Below, piece by piece: positions 9,536 through 17,805 of a DNA stretch of 64,000 nucleotides. Each line of letters opens with the position of its first letter. Position 1 is the stretch's first letter. Origin of the DNA: a virus (lineage: Duplodnaviria > Caudoviricetes); the IMG/VR virus record IMGVR_UViG_3300020414_001395, positions 1,145 through 65,144 of that record; one strand, given 5' to 3'. Under the pieces are notes generated by a model that saw only the letters and a list, made by a program, of their open reading frames with translations, searched no databases and had not been told where the DNA came from. A program made the position numbers and the translations under genes.

Positions 9536-9742
9536 ATGAGAACAAACAGACACAAGAAGATCAAGATGAATATTGACAGATTGCTAGAAGCGAACGCCAA
9601 GTACCAGGCTAACAACGTGTGCGTAACCAACACGCCTGAGCAGCAGAAACAAATTAACGATTACTGCAACGAGAAATTCATTAAGCCCATTGAGGACATC
9701 GACCCTGAATGGTTCGGGATCATCAAGAAGCAGAGCGATTAA
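9536..9742 (+). CDS. hypothetical protein
   Basis: 68-aa ORF, last of plus-strand arm. Confidence 0.5.
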   Translation: MRTNRHKKIKMNIDRLLEANAKYQANNVCVTNTPEQQKQINDYCNEKFIKPIEDIDPEWFGIIKKQSD

Positions 9743-10311
9743 AACCAGTTGCTAGAGCCTAGAATAACCCAGCGAGTTCCAGTCCACATGACTGTCTTCC
9801 ATGATGCACGGCTAGTCACCTTATGAACTTCAGAACTGGTCATCCCCAGCGGGTACTCAGCTTCATGATTGAACAACCCTGGTAAGACATTAGGATTAAA
9901 AGCAGAGTTTAGAGGCGGCTTAACTCCAACGCAAAATATCTCCCCAGGAAGAAGCCTCTTAAAGTCATCTGATCTAACCCCTTTAAATGTATTTGGAAGT
10001 TGAAGCTTGACTGCTATTGATTCATAAAGGTTTATTTGTATACCATTAGCGTCACCACCCCAGTCCAAGGTTGTTTCGGAAGGGGCAGAGATGTCCTCGT
10101 CCACCAAGTATTCTCCCCCTTCATCCACAACAAAAGAAGCAACCGCCACTTCATTGCTCTGATTTACAACCAACGAACCCAGCAATCCTCCTGAGCTTTC
10201 AACTCTGTACTGCTTGCTTGAGCCTGTCTGCAAAAAAGTGGATTCATCCACTTTTTCAAAGTCGAGCTTATTGAATGTAGCCCTGCATATAGGGAATGTG
10301 CGTTTTCTCAT
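9739..10311 (-). CDS. hypothetical beta-rich protein
   Basis: 190 aa; C-terminal MWTGTRWVILGSS resembles ends of 10320 and 38155 products. Confidence 0.65.
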   Translation of the reverse strand: MRKRTFPICRATFNKLDFEKVDESTFLQTGSSKQYRVESSGGLLGSLVVNQSNEVAVASFVVDEGGEYLVDEDISAPSETTLDWGGDANGIQINLYESIAVKLQLPNTFKGVRSDDFKRLLPGEIFCVGVKPPLNSAFNPNVLPGLFNHEAEYPLGMTSSEVHKVTSRASWKTVMWTGTRWVILGSSNWF

Positions 10312-10319
10312 AAAACCTA

Positions 10320-10715
10320 TTAACTAGCACTGGTTAACCCAAGAGGAACCCAGTTTTTTCCATTCCAGAAACAAGTGAATACAGCCTGATTTGTCTGTCC
10401 AGACCCACCGTACTGAAGCTCGACCTCTCTGAAGTCAGCATCATTGTTAAATGGTCCGTACTGATCAGTAGAGTCACCAAGGACTACGATGCAAGAGAAG
10501 TCTCCAGTGTCCTTACCGACCTCGACCATGATGCCAGGAGTTTCTGGCTTGCCAAGCTTAATCTTTACAGCTCCTGCGGGGGCTGGCTGAATAAGAACCC
10601 TGCTTGTTCTCTTGTTCCATTCTTTGTCTGTCCCAGCAGAATCAATGACCTGTACTGCCTCTCTGTCGTCCATAAACAATGGGAAGACGTTTTTCTTATA
10701 GTGGTTAAGAGGCAT
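10320..10715 (-). CDS. paralogue of post-capsid gene 38155 (possible head decoration protein)
   Basis: KNVFPLFMDDR...FWNGKNW versus KNVFPLFLDGDR...FWNGSSW; start ATG 10715. Confidence 0.7.
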   Translation of the reverse strand: MPLNHYKKNVFPLFMDDREAVQVIDSAGTDKEWNKRTSRVLIQPAPAGAVKIKLGKPETPGIMVEVGKDTGDFSCIVVLGDSTDQYGPFNNDADFREVELQYGGSGQTNQAVFTCFWNGKNWVPLGLTSAS

Positions 10716-10731
10716 TTCTAATTCATTTCTA

Positions 10732-10739
10732 CAAATATA
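10732..10739 (-). promoter_or_regulatory. late-type promoter -7 element TATATTTG
   Basis: Exact motif, 5 nt before ATG-AAT-TAG micro-ORF and gene 10715. Confidence 0.6.
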
Positions 10740-10756
10740 CAAAAATCATATCTTCG

Positions 10757-10830
10757 CGTTGTTACACGGGTTAGTTAGCTGTGGAACTTCGCAATCTGTA
10801 GGAGGGGGGCACATAAGCCCTCCTCTTTTT
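10757..10830 (+). ncRNA. candidate small RNA (~70 nt)
   Basis: TATCTTCG -7-like element at 10749-10756, no ATG, ends in a GC hairpin plus T-tract. Confidence 0.3.
10801..10830 (+). terminator. intrinsic terminator
   Basis: GGAGGGGGGC-ACATAA-GCCCTCCTC-TTTTT. Confidence 0.65.
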
Positions 10831-10836
10831 GTTTCG

Positions 10837-10844
10837 TACATTTG
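10837..10844 (+). promoter_or_regulatory. -7 element TACATTTG
   Basis: TAnnTTTG 7 nt before ATG 10852. Confidence 0.55.
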
Positions 10845-10851
10845 CTGGTGA

Positions 10852-12585
10852 ATGAGAATACTTATCACCACCCTCCTTTGGGGGGCGCTTGTCATGGGCT
10901 ATGCCCAGGAGTGCTCCATCATGCACACCAAGAAGCAGCCATACGTCATGGGGCTTGAGAAGATGGTTGATGTGGACCTCGATGAGGTCGACACCGTTAC
11001 TCTACCTGTTGTGTTCCACATTGTACATACTGGGGCTGCACAAGAGAATAACGTATCTGACGAACAAATACTCTCTCAGCTCGACGTGCTGAATGAGGAG
11101 TTTGAGGACAGTAAGATTCAGTTCTGCATGGCTGTGCGCGACCCTGACGGCAACCCTACCAACGGAATTACTCGTTACGATGCAAGCTGGAATGATCAGT
11201 ATGTCTCACAGGGTGTTAGCAATGGCCAAATGGCTGGCGTAGGTTGGGATCAGGAGGCTATGAAGGAGTCTTCTGGCTGCTGGAATCCTGACGAGTACAT
11301 CAACTACTACGTTGTGTCCGAGATCAACGACAACGACGGCGGTAATGGCATCCAAGGGTTTGCTTACCTAGGGCCCACTGGCGATTGCAGGGACGGAGTT
11401 GTAGTGTTGTACAATGCTACAGGAACTGTTGGGGTTCAAAAGCCAGGAAGGACCTTGGGATTTACAGGGGTCCACGAGATGGGCCATCACCTTTCTTTGT
11501 GGCATACCTTCTCCAACACATCTTCATGTGGTTCAGAAACTAACTGCGAAACTCAGGGCGATCAGGTGTGCGACACTCCGCCTACGCTTTCGAATGTCTT
11601 TAGTTGCGACAATCCCGTTTGCTCTGACGCCCTCACAGAGAACTTTATGGATTACAGCCCAGAGACATGTAAAGACGCCTTTACCGTGGGGCAAGCTGAG
11701 CGCATGCACGAGCTGATACAAGGCAGCCGACAGGGGCTTGTAGACAATCTTTCCTGCGTGCCCGTAGTAGACTTTGACGTAACCGCTGGAGCTGCATACT
11801 ACCAGCAAGAGTGGTGCACTCCATACCAAGATATATGGGTGGATGTAATCAATCAGGGAACTCAAACTATTCCGCTTGTAGACGTTCAAATGTTTTGCAA
11901 CGGTCTGCAAGGGACTACAACCCTGTATGACTTGGCCCCTGGTTCAACTCAAGTGTTATTTGAATCAGTGTACGTGGATGGCGCTGAGGAATTTACAGTT
12001 CAAACAACATCTAGTGTTGATCAATTTCCAGAAAACGACGCATCATGGTGGCCTATTTCTGTTATTGATGGAGACCTTTTGGAGATAAAGGTTTCAACAG
12101 ATGTCTGGGCAAATGAAACCAGCTGGTGGCTGTATGACAGCAACTACGAGGTTGTGGCTCAGGATAGCGGATATCCTTTTGGATCAGTCGATTACCTTTA
12201 TGAGGCTTGCATCTATGACGAGTGCTACACGTTCGTAGTTCAGGACACTAACGGTGATGGATTCTGTCAAATTGATTTTGACAATGACGGAAGCTGCGAC
12301 ATAGGCGCCGAGGGCCTCGTGGCGACAGTAGGTCTTGATACTCTAGCGGCCACGGGATTCGGACTTGAGTTCTCTATGTGGGAGCAAACATTTTGCAACT
12401 CACTGCCTCAGTGCAATATGGACTACGACGGTGACGGATACATTGGCTCTCAAGATGTTCTGGAGCTGCTTGTAGACCTTGGGTGCGAAGGCAACTGCTA
12501 TACAGATCCCAACAACGACCAAATTGTAAACATCCAGGACTTGCTGCTTATGCTTGCGAGCACTGGACCATGCCCTGAAGAATGA
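10852..12585 (+). CDS. secreted M43 (pappalysin/ulilysin-like) zinc metalloprotease with C-terminal dockerin/EF-hand-like repeats
   Basis: Signal peptide; LPVVFHIVH; HEMGHHLSLWH zinc motif; NFMDYS Met-turn; DYDGDGYIGSQDVL and DPNNDQIVNIQDLL. Confidence 0.9.
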   Translation: MRILITTLLWGALVMGYAQECSIMHTKKQPYVMGLEKMVDVDLDEVDTVTLPVVFHIVHTGAAQENNVSDEQILSQLDVLNEEFEDSKIQFCMAVRDPDGNPTNGITRYDASWNDQYVSQGVSNGQMAGVGWDQEAMKESSGCWNPDEYINYYVVSEINDNDGGNGIQGFAYLGPTGDCRDGVVVLYNATGTVGVQKPGRTLGFTGVHEMGHHLSLWHTFSNTSSCGSETNCETQGDQVCDTPPTLSNVFSCDNPVCSDALTENFMDYSPETCKDAFTVGQAERMHELIQGSRQGLVDNLSCVPVVDFDVTAGAAYYQQEWCTPYQDIWVDVINQGTQTIPLVDVQMFCNGLQGTTTLYDLAPGSTQVLFESVYVDGAEEFTVQTTSSVDQFPENDASWWPISVIDGDLLEIKVSTDVWANETSWWLYDSNYEVVAQDSGYPFGSVDYLYEACIYDECYTFVVQDTNGDGFCQIDFDNDGSCDIGAEGLVATVGLDTLAATGFGLEFSMWEQTFCNSLPQCNMDYDGDGYIGSQDVLELLVDLGCEGNCYTDPNNDQIVNIQDLLLMLASTGPCPEE

Positions 12586-13490
12586 AAAAACTTTTACTTT
12601 TCTTTTTGCCCATACTAGGTTACGGGCAATGCGATATGGAGATACTGGGATTTGACCCCGTATCTACCGATTTGTTACTTGTCGTAAACGGGGGTCAGTG
12701 CGGAACCGAGGCTGACAGCATTGGTGAGTTTATACTCGCACTTGGATTTAACCCACCCCCTGACGTCTCACCGTGGCCTTGTTTTGGCAACGAAGACTGG
12801 ATGCTTCTGCTCTACCCGCTAGACTTTCCTGGGTTTGACATAGGCGAGGGGTCAGACAACATACTTCAGTCTGGAGACACCTTGCTCTTCAACATAGTCG
12901 AGGACACACCAATGGCAGGCAGTGGAACTCTTGCGTGCTGGGAGCAAGCCTTACAAGAGGGTATATTTTTTGACGACTGTATGGTGCTTACAATCATGCA
13001 GATCAATGACAGCGAGTGCATTGACGGATCGTGCGAAGGCCTCGCTGGTTTTCCCTACCCAGATGAAAACATATCCAACAACTGGCTTGAATTTTCTGTA
13101 GAGTCAGACGCATGCTCCCTTCCTCCTTGGCCGCAGCCGTCAGATCCAGAGCCCGTAGACAGCACTGATACGTCTGGCCCGCCGCCCATTGTAGACGATT
13201 GCCACGATCCCTGCATACACGTATCGAATGCCGTCACCCCCAACAACGATGGAGTGAACGACTACTGGAAGCCAATAACTAAGTCAGAGTGTTGGTTGAG
13301 GTGGGAGTGCACCGTGTACAACCGCTGGGGTCAAGTAGTTTGGCGCACAGATGATCCCAGAGAGGGATGGGATGGGTCTTCTGGATGGAGCTACGCACCA
13401 GATGGCGTTTACGTGTGGAGCATAAAGGGAACCACGTACAGATCAACAAAGGTAATCAGCGTGAGCGGACACCTTACGCTTTTTCGTTAA
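12582..13490 (+). CDS. secreted protein with T9SS type B (gliding motility-associated) C-terminal domain
   Basis: Signal peptide MKKLLLFFLP; NAVTPNNDGVND...VYNRWGQVVW...GWDG...PDGVYVW. Confidence 0.85.
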   Translation: MKKLLLFFLPILGYGQCDMEILGFDPVSTDLLLVVNGGQCGTEADSIGEFILALGFNPPPDVSPWPCFGNEDWMLLLYPLDFPGFDIGEGSDNILQSGDTLLFNIVEDTPMAGSGTLACWEQALQEGIFFDDCMVLTIMQINDSECIDGSCEGLAGFPYPDENISNNWLEFSVESDACSLPPWPQPSDPEPVDSTDTSGPPPIVDDCHDPCIHVSNAVTPNNDGVNDYWKPITKSECWLRWECTVYNRWGQVVWRTDDPREGWDGSSGWSYAPDGVYVWSIKGTTYRSTKVISVSGHLTLFR

Positions 13491-13852
13491 AAGTCGTTGA
13501 GCATGATGTCGTCTATGGCCTCCTGAACTTCGTCAGCAGTGGCCTCCATCGTCATCATGATGTTCGCTTGAAACCTTTCCTGTTCCTCTCCCTCGTTGAA
13601 AATAACAATCGTCGGGACGACAACAATCTTGTGCTCTATCTGAAGATCTGGAGCGGTAGCTATGTCCACGCGGGCAGTCTCGCAGTCGTTCAGGCTCTCT
13701 ATCCACGGCACACTGTTTTGTGAGTTAAACGATGCGTTGAACTCGACAACGCAGATTCCTGATCCGCAGATGTCTTTATCCTCTACAGGCGACACAGCGA
13801 TCGCCGCCAGCAATAATGCAAAAGATACACATAGGGTTGATACGAGCTTCAT
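13487..13852 (-). CDS. exported thioredoxin-fold protein lacking the CxxC active site
   Basis: Signal peptide; VVEFNASFN where WCxxC is expected; cis-Pro loop VVVPTIVIF...EGEE. Confidence 0.7.
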   Translation of the reverse strand: MKLVSTLCVSFALLLAAIAVSPVEDKDICGSGICVVEFNASFNSQNSVPWIESLNDCETARVDIATAPDLQIEHKIVVVPTIVIFNEGEEQERFQANIMMTMEATADEVQEAIDDIMLNDF

Positions 13853-13855
13853 GTG

Positions 13856-14140
13856 TCATTTTAGTTGATCAATTTTCTCCTCAATTCTCTTGATGTCCTC
13901 TTTGATTTCAGTTACGTCTTCCTGGGTTGTCATGATGGTCTGACGAACTAGCTGGTCCTTCATGTCGAACTCCATTCTGGTGATCTCTGGCTCGGCAGGG
14001 AGCGGTAACTCTTTGGCCTCAGCTATGTCAGCCTGCAGCGCGAACCACATCGCTACAACCGTTCCTATCCCCGCTGCTACCATCCCAAGGGTTTTGAGAT
14101 CTAGCGTTACCTTAGTGTCCTCCCCGATTTGCTGTGCCAT
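13856..14140 (-). CDS. single-TM protein with C-terminal coiled coil
   Basis: Start ATG 14140 (TAATG overlap); TM LGMVAAGIGTVVAMWFAL; EIKEDIKRIEEKIDQL. Confidence 0.7.
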   Translation of the reverse strand: MAQQIGEDTKVTLDLKTLGMVAAGIGTVVAMWFALQADIAEAKELPLPAEPEITRMEFDMKDQLVRQTIMTTQEDVTEIKEDIKRIEEKIDQLK

Positions 14141-15186
14141 TACAGTAGTATGTAGTTTATTCCGACAGAGAAGTCGTGCCACTCTCTGTTCCAGTATCTG
14201 TTGTATTTTCCTTCTGTAAATATACCAAGACTTTTGGTAAGCTTGGTTCCAAACACGAGGCCGAAGCCCACATCAACCCACTGGCTGCTATTAACAAAGT
14301 TGTGGTATGAGTACTCGTCTCCCGTGTCCAGGTGATAAGGCATAATATTGCCCCAGGAGTGCAGCCAAAAGTCTCTTTCGTAGTGGTAGAAGTCAAACCC
14401 CAAGACCACTGAGTAAAGCCATTGATTGTCTAGCTCTGATCTCTTTTGAGATACGTAATCATTGAGCACCTGAGGTATAACTACCTGCTCCCATACTGCC
14501 TGATCGTTAGCCACCATGTCACCATCAGGGGAGAAGAACTCGCCAGTATTGACATCAATCGTGTATCCCTGTTCTAGCGCCAGTGCAGTGTAGTGTATCT
14601 GGTTGTTTTCCAGCAGCCATATCTGCAATGGGTCGTACCCGTATGGTTGAGAAATCCTTTGGGCTACACCTGCGTTCAAAGAGAGCTTAGGCCCCAGCTT
14701 CAACCTGAGTCTTTCTGACGCCTCAAAGTATCTAACATCCGCAAATCCATCCTGCAGGTATTCAGCTTTTGCAACCCATCCGTCCGCGACGTATCTGGCA
14801 AAGTAGTCTTGATCAAGAAAGTTCTTGCCCTGCTGTCTGCGCCAGTCTGCTTCAGCTAAGAACTCAAACCCATCGTACTTACCAACCGTTGCTGCGTCAC
14901 CGTAAGTTTTCTCTGTCCCGTCGTAAAACACATTGGCCCTGTTCTCGTACCCAAATCTTGCGATCTTTCTTACCCCAAGAGTAAGGGAGTAGTCGAACGG
15001 AGTTTCTACAACTTCAGTGGTGAGCGGTCCTGTGGCCACAGAAAACACATCTCTGTCCGACACAGAGTTACCACCATTCACCGCAGCATAGAAGGTAGAT
15101 CTCCTTAGCACATCTTTGTAGAAGTCACTCTGACCAAACGCCAGAAGAGGCATGCAGATAAGTACAAGAGCTATAATCCTTTTCAT
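14140..15186 (-). CDS. probable outer-membrane beta-barrel protein
   Basis: Signal peptide; alternating aromatic strands; C-terminal FSVGINYILL. Confidence 0.55.
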   Translation of the reverse strand: MKRIIALVLICMPLLAFGQSDFYKDVLRRSTFYAAVNGGNSVSDRDVFSVATGPLTTEVVETPFDYSLTLGVRKIARFGYENRANVFYDGTEKTYGDAATVGKYDGFEFLAEADWRRQQGKNFLDQDYFARYVADGWVAKAEYLQDGFADVRYFEASERLRLKLGPKLSLNAGVAQRISQPYGYDPLQIWLLENNQIHYTALALEQGYTIDVNTGEFFSPDGDMVANDQAVWEQVVIPQVLNDYVSQKRSELDNQWLYSVVLGFDFYHYERDFWLHSWGNIMPYHLDTGDEYSYHNFVNSSQWVDVGFGLVFGTKLTKSLGIFTEGKYNRYWNREWHDFSVGINYILL

Positions 15187-17243
15187 TGTCTCACGATTGT
15201 TTCCCTCTTGATTCTGCCTTTGTAGTTGGCCATGATTACATACGGACCTGGAGAGGGCAGCTCAACTGTTCTCCCTGTCGTTGTTTCGACCTCCCTGCCC
15301 CTTGCATCAAACACAGTGACGATTGTACCTACAGGCGCCTGAATGTTTACAAAGCTTGATGTGGGATTAGGGTAGAATTGAATGGACGATCTTTCTGCTG
15401 TGCTTACCGACGTTACACCCTCGCCACAGTAGTCGTACATCTCTGCACACACCGCATCCCACGCTGTCTCGCAGCAGTAGGGGTCAACCTCAATCACCCA
15501 GGAGTAGCATTGGTCATTAGCCCAGTACGGTTCGCCTGGACCTGTGATGCAGCCAGCGTCATACACACAGTCATCAGTGGGGGTGTTGGCGTCCTCGTTG
15601 TAGTTGTATGCGTCGATATCCATACAGCCTTCAATAACAGGCAGGCATGAGTCTATATCTACGTTAGCCTCAGGATCGTAGTTCAAGGCCTCGGGGTCTG
15701 TGCATCCAAACACAGCAAGCGTAACGCAGCTGCCATCATCGTAGTCAGCCTCATATCCCTGAGTGTAGTATTCAAGATACCCCGCCTGCGTGCACCCTGC
15801 ATTGTAATAGCAGCTCTCGTCTTCGGTGTTTGCTTCAGGGCTGTAGTTCTGTGCGGTCTCGTCTGTGCATCCGTACATGAATGGCACACAGCTGGTCCCG
15901 CAGTACGGCATAAAGCTGTATACATTCCACTCTGGGTTCTTAAACGGCTGAAGCGACCCCTGCCCGTTATCAAAGAAAGGATTAAGTCCTTCTGCCAAGA
16001 GCGTGTCTCCAAGCTCGTTTGTAATCAGCACAGAGTTGTGAAGCGTCTGGAACTCTGTCTCTTGAGGCGGTTGTTGAGGCCCTCCGATTTCAAAGTAGTA
16101 CACGTCCACCTTTTCGTCGGAGTCAAGGATCAGATCCCATGACTGAGAGAACTCCCCAGGACCCATTGTAAAGATCCACTGAAGGTCTCCCTGCTTGATG
16201 CCTACGTGTGAGTTGCCCCACCCGTCCGCAGCTGCATCACCAAGTCTTATGGTGGTTGCGCAGGGGCTGTTCAAATCCGAGATGGTGGCAGTTGAGTCGT
16301 AGTTAAATGACTCTGGGTCCATGCACCCCCATGTGTGTAATATGAGGCAGTCCCCTGCCTCTGTAGCTTCTGGGTTGTAGTCAACGTAATCGTCGTCCAT
16401 GCAGCCCACTACAGGCTCTTCGATTTCACATGGCTCTACAAACACAGCTCCAGAGTAGTGAACGTTGCCGTCATTGTCTGAGTAGGCTAGATCCTCCAAC
16501 TCCCAGACAACCTCCTCATCGCATGCAGTGATGACCACGCCTCCGTCTTGACCACCGCTGGCCGATCCATTAAGGCCGTCTCCGTATGTGTCTGTCAGAA
16601 TCAGCTCAAAGCCAAGTGCAACGCAGAAGTCGTAAGTGTAAGTGGACAGCTGATCCCCAAAATTAAAGCCCCCTGGAAGAACCTGCTCGTAGAACTGACC
16701 GACAGCCAAGTCTACCAATGTAAATCCAGTTTCGTTAGGCCAGTTGTCTAGTGTCAACTCCATGGAGACAAAGGCTTGCCCCTCTGGGCATTCGCTTACG
16801 TTGCAGGTTCCGTCATCGGTGGTTGCCCATGGGTTGTAGTTGTTAGACGACTCGTCCGTGCATCCAGGTATGGGAAACTGACATGCCTCAAGAATAAATG
16901 GAACTGTGATCTGCTGTGTGTCAAAGTCGAACACAGAGATGTCCAAGCCACAGTCATTGTTTAGCTTGAACCATCCTTCCCCAAACCCGCAACAAATACC
17001 GTCCCCAAACGCATCGTTAACGACTAGGTTGTATTCGCCAGACGGCAGGGGGATGGTGTGCTCAGTGTATGTTGAGTCAGCGTATGGACCGCCAGATGCT
17101 AAAGACTCGTCAGAACCAACTTCATATATGCTCCAAGTGCTTTCTTCGCCGTATGCGTCGCTCTGAAACTCAAGCCTTACCCAGCTAGGCTGTGCTGCAG
17201 CCAATAGGGGCAAGAAAAACAACAGGGAAATTACCCGCTGCAT
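15183..17243 (-). CDS. secreted Cys-rich repeat protein with T9SS type A C-terminal sorting domain
   Basis: Signal peptide from ATG 17243; 7 GC(T/M)D..A.NY...A...D..C-type repeats; FYPNPTSSFVNI...VFDARGREV...GPYVI. Confidence 0.85.
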   Translation of the reverse strand: MQRVISLLFFLPLLAAAQPSWVRLEFQSDAYGEESTWSIYEVGSDESLASGGPYADSTYTEHTIPLPSGEYNLVVNDAFGDGICCGFGEGWFKLNNDCGLDISVFDFDTQQITVPFILEACQFPIPGCTDESSNNYNPWATTDDGTCNVSECPEGQAFVSMELTLDNWPNETGFTLVDLAVGQFYEQVLPGGFNFGDQLSTYTYDFCVALGFELILTDTYGDGLNGSASGGQDGGVVITACDEEVVWELEDLAYSDNDGNVHYSGAVFVEPCEIEEPVVGCMDDDYVDYNPEATEAGDCLILHTWGCMDPESFNYDSTATISDLNSPCATTIRLGDAAADGWGNSHVGIKQGDLQWIFTMGPGEFSQSWDLILDSDEKVDVYYFEIGGPQQPPQETEFQTLHNSVLITNELGDTLLAEGLNPFFDNGQGSLQPFKNPEWNVYSFMPYCGTSCVPFMYGCTDETAQNYSPEANTEDESCYYNAGCTQAGYLEYYTQGYEADYDDGSCVTLAVFGCTDPEALNYDPEANVDIDSCLPVIEGCMDIDAYNYNEDANTPTDDCVYDAGCITGPGEPYWANDQCYSWVIEVDPYCCETAWDAVCAEMYDYCGEGVTSVSTAERSSIQFYPNPTSSFVNIQAPVGTIVTVFDARGREVETTTGRTVELPSPGPYVIMANYKGRIKRETIVRQ

Positions 17244-17362
17244 GACTCGCAATCCTCTGGGTTGTCGATGTTGCAGGTGATCTCACCATCTTCAATCTTC
17301 TTCTCTTGCTTCTTGAGCTTGTCTTGATCAAGAAAGCTGATGTCGTCGAAATCTTCCTCCAT
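17231..17362 (-). CDS. 43-aa peptide ending in CNIDNPEDCESCSG (not in ORF track)
   Basis: MEEDFDDISFLDQDKLKKQEKKIEDGEITCNIDNPEDCESCSG; TAATG coupling to the holin. Confidence 0.7.
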   Translation of the reverse strand: MEEDFDDISFLDQDKLKKQEKKIEDGEITCNIDNPEDCESCSG

Positions 17363-17805
17363 TATTTTTTGGCTTTTTCAATGGTTCTTCCTGCGAAGTA
17401 TGCACCGAAAGAGGTGAGCATTAAGATCTCCAGCAAAGATACGTAACTATCTTTTACGTTAAATGGCCAACCATCCATGCTGTCTGCGACCATTGTAGCC
17501 ATAAACATGACCATTAGGCAGATCAATGTAACAGGTCTAATCAGCTTTGCAAGCTTGACATCACTACCCATGTCCGCCTTCCATCTTTCGCTTACATTGT
17601 TCTGAAACTGAACCTCTGCGTCGAGCATGGCCTTAGCTTCTGCAGGGTCAACATCAGGCTCCTTGTCTAACAGATTTTTTACCACGCCAAGGGCGCCTTG
17701 GTCTGGGAGCAGGTCCCCCACCGTATCCAGTACAGAGGGGGCCTTTTCTTTCAACCACTTGCCAAGGCCAGTGTCTTTGATTTTAGTCTTTTCTGGTTTG
17801 CTCAT
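17362..17805 (-). CDS. holin (3TM gene-transfer-release type)
   Basis: RWKADMGSD...IRPVTLI; two TM segments; YFAGRTIEKAKK basic tail. Confidence 0.7.
   Translation of the reverse strand: MSKPEKTKIKDTGLGKWLKEKAPSVLDTVGDLLPDQGALGVVKNLLDKEPDVDPAEAKAMLDAEVQFQNNVSERWKADMGSDVKLAKLIRPVTLICLMVMFMATMVADSMDGWPFNVKDSYVSLLEILMLTSFGAYFAGRTIEKAKK

Noticed and set aside
15300-17000. GCTD-type repeats as a mobile or tandem DNA repeat
   Set aside because: Degenerate at DNA level; explained as protein repeats common in Bacteroidota surface proteins.
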